This document shows positions 17,869 through 26,325 of a stretch of 64,000 nt of DNA, piece by piece. Numbering within the stretch: the stretch's first letter is position 1; each line of letters starts with the position of its first letter. Where the stretch lies: contig WJKK01000001.1 in NCBI GenBank assembly GCA_014729135.1, positions 389,462-453,461 on the forward strand, read 5' to 3'. The DNA comes from a candidate division WWE3 bacterium (GTDB taxonomy: Bacteria; Patescibacteriota; WWE3; UBA101185; UBA10185). The notes beneath the pieces were generated by a model. It worked only from the letters and a program-made list of their open reading frames with translations. It was not told where the DNA came from and did not search any database. A program made the position numbers and the translations under genes.

Positions 17869-20430
17869 ATGCTGAAACTGCCTAAGCGCCCGCTGGAGCC
17901 TCTTTTTTGGTTTGCTTATAAAGCTCCAAAAAGAATCTTTAAAATTATCAAACGTCTAATTATTCTTGTAAATCACTCGATTTCCTTTACGTTAAATATC
18001 AAGCTTCTTTTTGTGCCTTTGTTTGGCGACTACACAATTCCCGGTAGAATCATTGGATTTATTTTTAGAATTGCTCAAATTTTTTATGGGCTTTTAGCAC
18101 TTTTGGTTTTGGCATTGCTTTTGATTTTGGCGCCTTTATTTTGGTACATTTCGCCTTTTGTTTTAGCTTATTACATAAAAGGTTATATTTTACTTTTGGC
18201 TTTCGGGATTTATGTGGTACGCTTGTTTGCTATTAGAGACACTCCCCGAAAAAGAGTTACCGATGATAAGACAGAAGATCCTTTAAGTGCAGTTCGCCCT
18301 AATGCCCTCTCCCTTTTAAAACAAGCGCATCGAACTCACTCCTTGGAGAAATTTGCGCATGATGCGGATATTCACTACCTTTTGCAGAAGCTGGAACTGG
18401 ATAAAAAAGATTTCTATGCTCAGGCAACAGATCTTCCGGATTTTGAGGTGTGGAAGGTTGCAAAAAGTGCTTATGAATTGGCTCAGGAGGAAGGTACTCG
18501 TTATGTGGAAAAAGAGCATGTGTTTTATGCCTTGCTGAAGCTTATTCCGGATGTAGAGAATTTTTTGATGTCGTTTGGCGTTGCTCTTGCGGATGTTAAA
18601 GAGGCAATCTTTTGGATTGTGGATGAGCGTGATCGTTTAGCGGGTATTTTCATTTGGCAGGAAGACTATCACATAGACAAGCTCGGAGGTTTTGGTCGCG
18701 GGATGACCGGGCGAGTGACTCCTTCCCTGGATGCAGTTTCCACAGATTTTACGGAGCTTGCTAAAAAAGGCCTCATTGAAGGAATTATTGCTCATCATGC
18801 GGAAATTAAAGAAATTGCTAATCTCCTTTCAGGATCCAAAAAAGTTAACGTCATGATTGTAGGTCCTCCCGGGAGCGGTAAAACCTCCATTGTAAAAGGC
18901 ATAGCTGAGCAAATCATTAAAGGTACCGAATATGAAAAAATTGCTAACAAGCGCATTGTAAGTGTGGAGTCGGGAGCCTTGGTAGCAGGAGCAAAAAGTT
19001 CAGGGGATGTAGCTGCTAAGTTCAAACTCGTCATGAAAGATGCTTTAGAATCGGGCGATATAATCCTGTTTTTTGATGAAATTCACAATTTGGTTTCAGG
19101 CGTTGGGGGAGATGCCACAGAAGTCTCCAGCGTTTACTCCATTTTAGAGCCCTATCTTTCCACCGGGCAAATCCAGGTAATTGCAGCTACAAACCGGAAA
19201 ACTTATCGAAAATACATTGAGCCTAACGGAGCCTTTGCTCGCCTGTTTCATGTAGTTGATATTGAACCTTCAACTAACGAAGAAACAAAAGATATTCTGA
19301 AGTATTTAAGCTTTGATATTGAAGAGGAGGAGGGCGTTTTAATAACTTTGCCCGCCATAAAAAAGATTATTCGCTTGTCCAGCAAGTTAATTCAGGAGCG
19401 CGTTTTCCCGGATAAAGCCGTTGATGTTTTAAATCGCTGTGTTCGTGTGGTTTCACGGGAAAGCAAGGTAGTTACAGCGGAGAAGGCTGCCGAAGTTATT
19501 TCCGAAATGACGCACGTTCCGGTTACAGCGGTTGATGAAGATGAGTCGGAGAAGCTTTTGGAGCTTGAGGATAGAATGAAGGAGCGTGTTATTGGCCAGG
19601 ATCAAGCTGTTGCTGAAGTTTCTAAAGCGCTAAAGCGCGCTCGTGTTGGAATCCGCGATGAAAGTAAGCCCATTGCCTCCTTTTTGTTTGTTGGAACTAC
19701 AGGTGTTGGAAAGACCGAAACTGCTAAGACCTTGTCTCGGCTTTATTTCGGGGAGGAAAGCAAGATGATTCGTTTGGATATGAGTGAGTATCAGCAACCC
19801 GACAGTGTTAAAAAGTTGATTGGTAATTCTGATGGTAGTACTTCCGGCATATTAACGGAGGTGGTGCGCTCTAATCCTTTTTCGGTTTTGCTTCTGGATG
19901 AAATTGAAAAGGCTGCTCCTCAAGTGTTGCTGACGTTTTTGCAGGTTTTAGATGACGGTCGTTTAACGGATTCGGCAGGAAATACCGTGGATTTTGCTAA
20001 CACGATTATTATTGCAACAAGTAACGTGGGGACGCGTGAGATTCAGGCGGTTGCAGCTCGTGATGGTAGCTTTTCCGAAATGGAGGAGGCTGCTTTGAAG
20101 AAGGTTCGCGACCATTATGCTCCCGAGTTTTTAAATAGGTTTAGTGGCATTATTGTGTTTAATCCGTTGTCTAAGGAGGATGTGAAAAAGATTGCACGGA
20201 TTTTGCTTCGTAAGGTGGAGAAAGTGGCAGCAGAAAAGGATATTAAGGTTACTTTTACGGATGGTCTGTTGGAGGGCTTGGTGGAGCGTGGTTATAACAA
20301 GGAGTGGGGTGCGCGTCCTTTAGCGCGTGTTATTGAGGATAAGGTTGAAACGTATTTGGCGGATAAGCTTTTGTCTAAGGAGATTAAGCGTGGGGATGTG
20401 TTGGAACTCGGCCCTGAGGTTTTTGAGTAG
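17869..20430 (+). CDS. membrane-anchored ClpA/ClpB-family double AAA+ ATPase
   Basis: N-terminal TM helices; GPPGSGKT/FFDEIH and GTTGVGKT/LLDEIEKA; DDGRLTD; GARPL. Confidence 0.9.
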   Translation: MLKLPKRPLEPLFWFAYKAPKRIFKIIKRLIILVNHSISFTLNIKLLFVPLFGDYTIPGRIIGFIFRIAQIFYGLLALLVLALLLILAPLFWYISPFVLAYYIKGYILLLAFGIYVVRLFAIRDTPRKRVTDDKTEDPLSAVRPNALSLLKQAHRTHSLEKFAHDADIHYLLQKLELDKKDFYAQATDLPDFEVWKVAKSAYELAQEEGTRYVEKEHVFYALLKLIPDVENFLMSFGVALADVKEAIFWIVDERDRLAGIFIWQEDYHIDKLGGFGRGMTGRVTPSLDAVSTDFTELAKKGLIEGIIAHHAEIKEIANLLSGSKKVNVMIVGPPGSGKTSIVKGIAEQIIKGTEYEKIANKRIVSVESGALVAGAKSSGDVAAKFKLVMKDALESGDIILFFDEIHNLVSGVGGDATEVSSVYSILEPYLSTGQIQVIAATNRKTYRKYIEPNGAFARLFHVVDIEPSTNEETKDILKYLSFDIEEEEGVLITLPAIKKIIRLSSKLIQERVFPDKAVDVLNRCVRVVSRESKVVTAEKAAEVISEMTHVPVTAVDEDESEKLLELEDRMKERVIGQDQAVAEVSKALKRARVGIRDESKPIASFLFVGTTGVGKTETAKTLSRLYFGEESKMIRLDMSEYQQPDSVKKLIGNSDGSTSGILTEVVRSNPFSVLLLDEIEKAAPQVLLTFLQVLDDGRLTDSAGNTVDFANTIIIATSNVGTREIQAVAARDGSFSEMEEAALKKVRDHYAPEFLNRFSGIIVFNPLSKEDVKKIARILLRKVEKVAAEKDIKVTFTDGLLEGLVERGYNKEWGARPLARVIEDKVETYLADKLLSKEIKRGDVLELGPEVFE

Positions 20431-20470
20431 CTTCAGTAGTTCATTTTTGGTTTTTTGCTAAGATAAATTC

Positions 20471-21163
20471 ATGCTTAGTTATATTCAAGATTTAATTCTC
20501 ACAAACCTTCTAAATACCAAGGATCCTGCGCGTTACTCAGAGATTCAAGTAGATACTGTAGATAACGATCTTTTTAATTATCATCTTCAGCAGTTAGTTA
20601 AAAGGAATTATGTTTTAAAGGAGGATAAATTATATAGCCTATCTAATAAAGGAAAAGAGTATGTTCACAAGCTTGATGTTAAAGGTCACCTACATGACTT
20701 ATTTAAAGTTTCTGTTTTAGCTTATGTTACTAATTCCGCGGGAGAGTTACTTTTGCAGAAGCGCTTGCGTCACCCATATTTTGGAGAAATAGGTGTTGTA
20801 GCGGGGAAAATGCTCCTAGGAGAGTCTGCTGAAGACGCCGCAAAGAGAAAGCTCTTAGAGGAGACAGGTTTGACTTGTAATTTTAGACTGGTGGGTGTTA
20901 TTCGCAAGACTAGAAAGGATACTGAGGATAAAATCATTGAGGACACTCTTTTTCATGTCTGTTATGGTGATGACTTTTCAGGGGAGTTAGTGGAAGAAAA
21001 TGATTACGGTTTAAATTATTGGGCTTCCTTTGACAAAGCTTTAGATTCTTTTAAGAGAAATGCTACTTTTGGCACTTATTCGGAAGAGGTTTTGGAGAGA
21101 ATTCGGGACAGGCGTTTGGATACTTTTTACTTTCATGAAAGCCTTGAACTCTTAGATTTCTAG
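20471..21163 (+). CDS. winged-HTH + NUDIX domain protein
   Basis: FNYHLQQLVK...YSLS.KG wHTH; Nudix box GKMLLGESAEDAAKRKLLEETGL. Confidence 0.8.
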   Translation: MLSYIQDLILTNLLNTKDPARYSEIQVDTVDNDLFNYHLQQLVKRNYVLKEDKLYSLSNKGKEYVHKLDVKGHLHDLFKVSVLAYVTNSAGELLLQKRLRHPYFGEIGVVAGKMLLGESAEDAAKRKLLEETGLTCNFRLVGVIRKTRKDTEDKIIEDTLFHVCYGDDFSGELVEENDYGLNYWASFDKALDSFKRNATFGTYSEEVLERIRDRRLDTFYFHESLELLDF

Positions 21164-21252
21164 CTTTACCTAGTTTCTCCTCGGTAGACATTTTTGATTC
21201 CTCTCTTAAACTATAGGTAGTTTGTGTGGAGATATCTGTAAAGGAGAGAAGG

Positions 21253-21459
21253 ATGGCTATTAAGGGGTTTAAAACGGATAAGCAGACGGTGTTGATTCAA
21301 GGGAATGAGGGCTTTGTTCGTTGGGAGAGACTTCCGGGAAGGCTCCCCGAGGAAGATGGTAACTTCGGCTTCTACGACCATGGCTTCTTAGAAGCGGAGT
21401 CTCTTGAGGAGGCTCTAAGGAAAGGGCGTATCAAAAAAGCTGACGTTAAAGTTTTATAG
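21253..21459 (+). CDS. hypothetical protein
   Basis: ORF with AAGGAG SD, ending at a bidirectional terminator. Confidence 0.6.
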   Translation: MAIKGFKTDKQTVLIQGNEGFVRWERLPGRLPEEDGNFGFYDHGFLEAESLEEALRKGRIKKADVKVL

Positions 21460-21467
21460 TTTTCTGT

Positions 21468-21509
21468 GAAAAGGGATTCCTTTCTGTTCGTTGGGGAGGA
21501 ATCCTTTTC
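21468..21509. terminator. bidirectional intrinsic terminator
   Basis: GAAAAGGGATTCCT...AGGAATCCTTTTC inverted repeat between convergent genes. Confidence 0.75.
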
Positions 21510-21979
21510 TAGTTCAAATTGGAGGCTTTTCGGATCTCTAGAATTTTTACTATCTCTTTTGAGTTCAAATTAATCTCTTCTCCTGCTTCTTTACCCAACA
21601 GGGCTTTTGCCATAGGAGACTTATAAGAGATGATGTCTTCATTTAAATTTACATCATCTTCTCCCAGAATAGTAAACTCCTCTTTGTCTTTTCCTATGAG
21701 CAAAGTTACACAGGTACCGAATTTTATCGTTTTTGGATCTTTCTCCAGTGTTTCTTCTGTTACAACTTGAGCATTTTGCAATTTAGCTTTTATATCCCGC
21801 AGACGCGCTTTCATCCTAAAAATATTTTCTTCTGCCGCCTCAAAAGCCGAACTTTCATGCCAACCCTCATCTGCATGAATTTCCCCCTTTTTTCTAATCT
21901 CGCTTTTTAGCTTTTCTTCCAGGTCTTTTTTAGCCTGTTTAAGCTTGTTATATCCTTTTTTTGTCACTAGTTCTTTCAT
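21509..21979 (-). CDS. GreA/GreB-family factor (atypical tip motif)
   Basis: VTKKGYNKL coiled coil; FGTCV...FTILG..D...ISYKSPMAKALLGK. Confidence 0.85.
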   Translation of the reverse strand: MKELVTKKGYNKLKQAKKDLEEKLKSEIRKKGEIHADEGWHESSAFEAAEENIFRMKARLRDIKAKLQNAQVVTEETLEKDPKTIKFGTCVTLLIGKDKEEFTILGEDDVNLNEDIISYKSPMAKALLGKEAGEEINLNSKEIVKILEIRKASNLN

Positions 21980-21982
21980 TTT

Positions 21983-22609
21983 TTAGAGGGAAACCCTAGC
22001 CAAAATAGGGAATTGATTTTGAGGATCATTACTTTGACCTGAAATCACAAATTCTTTAACCATAAACGTGTTTTTCAGTATCTCATTATGTTCTTTTGCA
22101 ATCTCAAGAGCTTCTCTGATATTTTTCGGATCTATTTTTACAATAGAAATATGCGCATGGTACTCATAAGGATTACCATTTGTTTTTATTCTATGCTGCT
22201 CCTCTTTCGGGTACTGTTTCCAATTATCCAAATATTTCCGGGGAATCTTTACCTTGTGAATTTTGTTAGCTTTCTCCAGAAACTTTTCATTTAAATCTTT
22301 AAAAGTTTTCTGAGCTTTTTCATCCATCTCTAAAAAGATGTATTTATTGTTTGAGCTTTTTGTGTATTTTGTTAAAGTCACTTCAAAAGGATCTGTATTT
22401 TGCGCTAGTTTTGAGATCTCTTTCACAAATTCTTTCGTTTTTGAACCGGGAAGGAGCTTTCCGCCAACTGCAATATGAGCTTTGAAATTGTTTTCGTCCA
22501 GATATTCATTTGGAAATTTTTTGCTAAGTTTTTTGTAGAGCTGAAAAAGGTATTGATTCACCTTCTCCGGAAGGGATGTGTATATTGTATGGATTTTCTC
22601 ATCGTTCAT
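21983..22609 (-). CDS. 2H-phosphoesterase / 2'-5' RNA ligase-like protein
   Basis: two His motifs (AHIAV, AHISI) with the expected spacing; PFEVTL. Confidence 0.65.
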   Translation of the reverse strand: MNDEKIHTIYTSLPEKVNQYLFQLYKKLSKKFPNEYLDENNFKAHIAVGGKLLPGSKTKEFVKEISKLAQNTDPFEVTLTKYTKSSNNKYIFLEMDEKAQKTFKDLNEKFLEKANKIHKVKIPRKYLDNWKQYPKEEQHRIKTNGNPYEYHAHISIVKIDPKNIREALEIAKEHNEILKNTFMVKEFVISGQSNDPQNQFPILARVSL

Positions 22610-22615
22610 GTGTTT

Positions 22616-22850
22616 TTAGTTTTCATCGGTATCGGTCCATTCCTTCTTGTCTGCTTCCTGTTGAATTCCTTCACGGATTCTCGCAAGAGCTTCTTCCTCC
22701 TCGGCTGTTAATTCTCGCGGCTCTCCCTTCTCGTCCAGGAGTGGTTTTCCAATCGCTTCTTCAAAAGTTCTTTTTACATTCTCCTCTGCTTTCTTTTCTT
22801 GTATCCATTTAGCAGCTTCTGCGGTTTTTTTGCATGCTTAGCTCCTTCAT
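22616..22850 (-). pseudogene. small acidic protein gene interrupted by a frameshift in an A7 tract
   Basis: MKELSMQK frame shifts at A7 into a start-less 70-codon frame TAEAAKWIQEKK...WTDTDEN* that stops just before the next gene. Confidence 0.55.
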
Positions 22851-22929
22851 TAAACATAATCATAAAAAATCCTTTCTTAAAACAAATAAACAATGAAATT
22901 TTAGCATAAAAACTACCTTCCTAATTTAG

Positions 22930-22985
22930 AGTTGTCTATGCCATAGTTAACTTTTCTCAAAAAGTCCGCCATGGCATGGACAACT
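22930..22985. repeat. long imperfect inverted repeat / hairpin
   Basis: AGTTGTCTATGCCAT...ATGGCATGGACAACT arms with an inner ACTTTT/AAAAGT stem. Confidence 0.7.
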
Positions 22986-23061
22986 TTTTAGTAAAAATCC
23001 CTCATACCATGATTGACTCCAAAGGAAACCTCCCCTCTTTTTTCCATGCTAAACTACTCCC

Positions 23062-24078
23062 ATGAGGGATGAAATAAATTCTGAACAAAAAGAGCGCTTA
23101 GAAAAGCTAAAAAAGCAGCTTTTTATTGCCGAAAAAACCGGAAAATACAACAAACTTAAATCCGAACTGGAAAATCCCGAACTTTGGGAAAATTGGGAAG
23201 AAGGGCAAAAAGTTTCAGAGGATCTTGCAGATTTAGAACGAGATCTTGAAGATTTTGCCTTATTGGAGCTTTTGTTGGAAGAAGGGCAAGAAGAAAAATT
23301 TGAAAAACTTGCCTCTCAAATAGAAGAAAAACTTTTTCTTTCAGGTGATCACGACAAATCCGCTGCTTACCTGTCAATTCATTCCGGTCAGGGTGGTACA
23401 GAGGCCATGGATTGGGCAGAAATGCTCTTACGAATGTATCTCATGTATGCAGAGCGAAAAAACTGGAAAGTGGATCTTATTGATAAGCGTTCAGGGGAGG
23501 AGGCGGGAATTAAAAGCGCAACAATTGAGATTCAAGGAAAATATGCTTACGGTTTTTTAAAGCACGAGTCAGGCACACATCGGCTGGTGCGTCAATCCCC
23601 TTTTAATGCCGATAATTTACGGCAGACCTCTTTTGCTTTGGTGGAAGTTTTGCCGGTTATTGATGATGAGTTAGAAGTTGAAATTAAGGATGAGGACATT
23701 GAGTTTGAGGCGTTTCGCGCAGGAGGTCATGGTGGCCAGAACGTGAATAAGGTTTCTACTGCGGTTCGTATTAAGCACTTGCCAACGGGTATTGTGGTGG
23801 AAAATCAAACGGAGCGAAGTCAGCTGCAGAATCGTCAGCGAGCAATGAGTATTTTGCGATCTAAGCTTTTTGCTTTGGAGGAGGCTAAGCGCTTGGAGGA
23901 GGAGGCTAAGTTAAAAGGTGAGTATAAGAAGCCGGGGTGGGGGAATCAGATTCGGAATTATGTTTTGCATCCCTATAAGTTGGTTAAGGATTTGCGTACA
24001 GGAGTTGAGAGTACGAATCCGGAGCTTGTTTTGGATGGTCATCTGGATGAGTTTGTTGATGCCGAAGTTCGCTTGTAG
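23062..24078 (+). CDS. prfB: peptide chain release factor 2 (no internal frameshift)
   Basis: SPF anticodon-mimic and GGQ motif; GGTEAMDWA. Confidence 0.97.
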   Translation: MRDEINSEQKERLEKLKKQLFIAEKTGKYNKLKSELENPELWENWEEGQKVSEDLADLERDLEDFALLELLLEEGQEEKFEKLASQIEEKLFLSGDHDKSAAYLSIHSGQGGTEAMDWAEMLLRMYLMYAERKNWKVDLIDKRSGEEAGIKSATIEIQGKYAYGFLKHESGTHRLVRQSPFNADNLRQTSFALVEVLPVIDDELEVEIKDEDIEFEAFRAGGHGGQNVNKVSTAVRIKHLPTGIVVENQTERSQLQNRQRAMSILRSKLFALEEAKRLEEEAKLKGEYKKPGWGNQIRNYVLHPYKLVKDLRTGVESTNPELVLDGHLDEFVDAEVRL

Positions 24079-24131
24079 CTTTTTAGTGGACAAAATATTT
24101 ACTCAGTTTCAAAAATCTGTATAATGAAACC

Positions 24132-25460
24132 ATGGCAAAGAAATCCTCTCAAAATCCACCAGAAAATTTAGAAAAAAAAGCAAAAGATTCTCCTGAAAAA
24201 GCTCCAGGCAAAAACGCACAGGAAGTCAACAAAGATTTAGAAGTGAAATCCTCCTTTAAGTCTTTTGGAAACGATGCGACCAAAAAAGGTGGTAAGAATG
24301 CTAAAAAAGCTTCCTTTACAAAAGCTCAGTCGCTCGGTGCAAAAAAGAAACTTCCTTTAATTTACATAATCCTAGGGGTGCTAATAGCAGGAGCTCTTTC
24401 TTTAGGACTAGTTTATGCCTTTGGTTTTGGAGGCTTTTCCGGTATTGTTAGCCCCCTCTCTGACGGCACTCCCATAACAACAGAACCTCAAGAAGAAATG
24501 GTTGCAAATCCTTTAACAGGTGAAAAATACTCCAAATCAGAAGCCCCTTGGATAAATGACCGCCCTCTAGCCGTAATGGTCAACAACTATATTGACGCAC
24601 GCCCTCAATCCGGTTTAGTTGATGCCGACCTTGTTTATGAAATCGTCGCCGAAGGAGGCATAACAAGATTTATTCCATTTTTTCTCTCCAAAACGCCTGA
24701 AAAAATTGGCCCTGTTAGAAGCACTCGTGATTACTACTTAGTTCTAGTAAAAGAGTTGGGCGACGCCATGATCATGCACATTGGATGGTCTCCTCAGGCT
24801 TTAGAAGCAATAGAAACCTGGCCTGTTCGCAGTTTAGGTAGAGGTGGTGGTAGCTTTTGGCGAGAAAATCCCCGAAACGTTGCTACAGAACATACTGCCT
24901 ATGTAAATGGTAAAGATCTTCGTGAGCTTGGCGATGAATTAGGTTGGGAAGGAACACGTGAATTTCCGGCTTGGCAGTTTAAAGATGACAGTCCTACTCC
25001 ATTAGCGGAAGGGCCCGACTCCTGTGAAACTGTTGCGGCTTTATGCGATCCCTTAACAATAGACTTTTGGTATGAGGGCGATTATTCCGCAATCTTCAAA
25101 TACAATCCCGATAACAACTCATATTTAAGATTTACAGGATACGATGCTAATGGCGATCCGATTCCACATGAAGATCAAGATACAGGTGAACAAATTGAAG
25201 TTAAAAACGTTATTGTTCAGTTTGCTGATGAAAGTGCTATAGAAGGTGATACGAAAAATCGCCTTTCTTATGCTTTGGTGGGCAGCGGAACCGGTTTGGT
25301 CTTTTTGGATGGTACTGTGGAGGAAGTTACTTGGTCTAAAGCCGAAAGAGATGCTCGCACAATGTTTTACGATCTCAATGGTGAAGAGATGCAGTTTAAT
25401 CGCGGTCAGTTTTGGATTAGTATTGTTCCTACAAGGAATGAATCACAAGTTAAGTATTAA
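24132..25460 (+). CDS. DUF3048 (YerB-like) membrane-anchored protein
   Basis: single TM; RPLAVMVNN..ARPQSGL..AD.VYE...EGGITR, IGPVRS.R. Confidence 0.85.
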   Translation: MAKKSSQNPPENLEKKAKDSPEKAPGKNAQEVNKDLEVKSSFKSFGNDATKKGGKNAKKASFTKAQSLGAKKKLPLIYIILGVLIAGALSLGLVYAFGFGGFSGIVSPLSDGTPITTEPQEEMVANPLTGEKYSKSEAPWINDRPLAVMVNNYIDARPQSGLVDADLVYEIVAEGGITRFIPFFLSKTPEKIGPVRSTRDYYLVLVKELGDAMIMHIGWSPQALEAIETWPVRSLGRGGGSFWRENPRNVATEHTAYVNGKDLRELGDELGWEGTREFPAWQFKDDSPTPLAEGPDSCETVAALCDPLTIDFWYEGDYSAIFKYNPDNNSYLRFTGYDANGDPIPHEDQDTGEQIEVKNVIVQFADESAIEGDTKNRLSYALVGSGTGLVFLDGTVEEVTWSKAERDARTMFYDLNGEEMQFNRGQFWISIVPTRNESQVKY

Positions 25461-25568
25461 TTTGATTAAAAGGTTTTTGCTAAGGAGGCTTCACAGCTTT
25501 TCCAGGCTAAAAAAGCTCTTGGTAAAAATTTTAAAATTTAATTCCTGCCCTATTAAGAAAGGGTATTT

Positions 25569-26147
25569 ATGCTAGAACAACTTTTTATTTCAGAGGTTAG
25601 AATAGACGTGCTGAAGCTGATGCTGACTCATCCGGAGGAGCAGTATCATGTTAGAGCAATTGTGCGAGAGGTGGATGCGGAGATTAATGCAGTTCGTAGG
25701 GAGCTTGGTCGTTTAGAGGAGATCGGTCTTTTAACCAGTCGTAGAAGCAGCAATCGCCTTTATTATCGAGTTAACACAGCTCACGTTTTTTATGCGGATT
25801 TGCTTTCTATGGTGGCAAAGGACATGGGTATTGGAAAGTCTATGGTGGAAAATGCTAAGCGTTTGGGTGATGTGAAGTTTGCTATGTTATCTACGGCGTT
25901 TGTTCGCGGGAGGGGTTCAACGGTTTTGGATGTGGATCTGTTTTTGGTGGGCAAGCCGGATTTGTCGTTTTTGAAGTCTTTGGTGGAGCATGCCGAGGAG
26001 AAACTGGATCGGGAGATTAACTATTCTGTTATGACTTTGGAGGAGTTTAATCACCGCAAGAGGAGTAATGATCAGTTTATTAATCGGGTTTTGTCTCAAG
26101 GGCGCACTATGCTTATTGGGGATGAGATTAAGTTCGGCAGCCGTTAA
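25569..26147 (+). CDS. winged-HTH + degenerate nucleotidyltransferase-like domain protein
   Basis: N-terminal wHTH (VRRELGRLEEIGLL...NRLYY); DVDLFLVG...REINY C-terminal domain. Confidence 0.75.
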   Translation: MLEQLFISEVRIDVLKLMLTHPEEQYHVRAIVREVDAEINAVRRELGRLEEIGLLTSRRSSNRLYYRVNTAHVFYADLLSMVAKDMGIGKSMVENAKRLGDVKFAMLSTAFVRGRGSTVLDVDLFLVGKPDLSFLKSLVEHAEEKLDREINYSVMTLEEFNHRKRSNDQFINRVLSQGRTMLIGDEIKFGSR

Positions 26148-26325
26148 GGACGATCCTTTAGTTTTTCTTCCCAATTACTTTACATAAGCCCTTGGTGCGC
26201 ATTTCATGCAAGGATAATCCTTCTACCGAATATTAGTTCTTCCCATTAACAAGGCTGAAAATACGTTTGAATACAAGGATTATCTTTAAAACATAAGTTT
26301 AGAAGTGTGTTAATCTGGGAGAGCT

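Noticed and set aside
22475-22812. Plus-strand ORFs 22475-22711 and 22576-22812
   Set aside because: Antisense shadows of the minus-strand genes.
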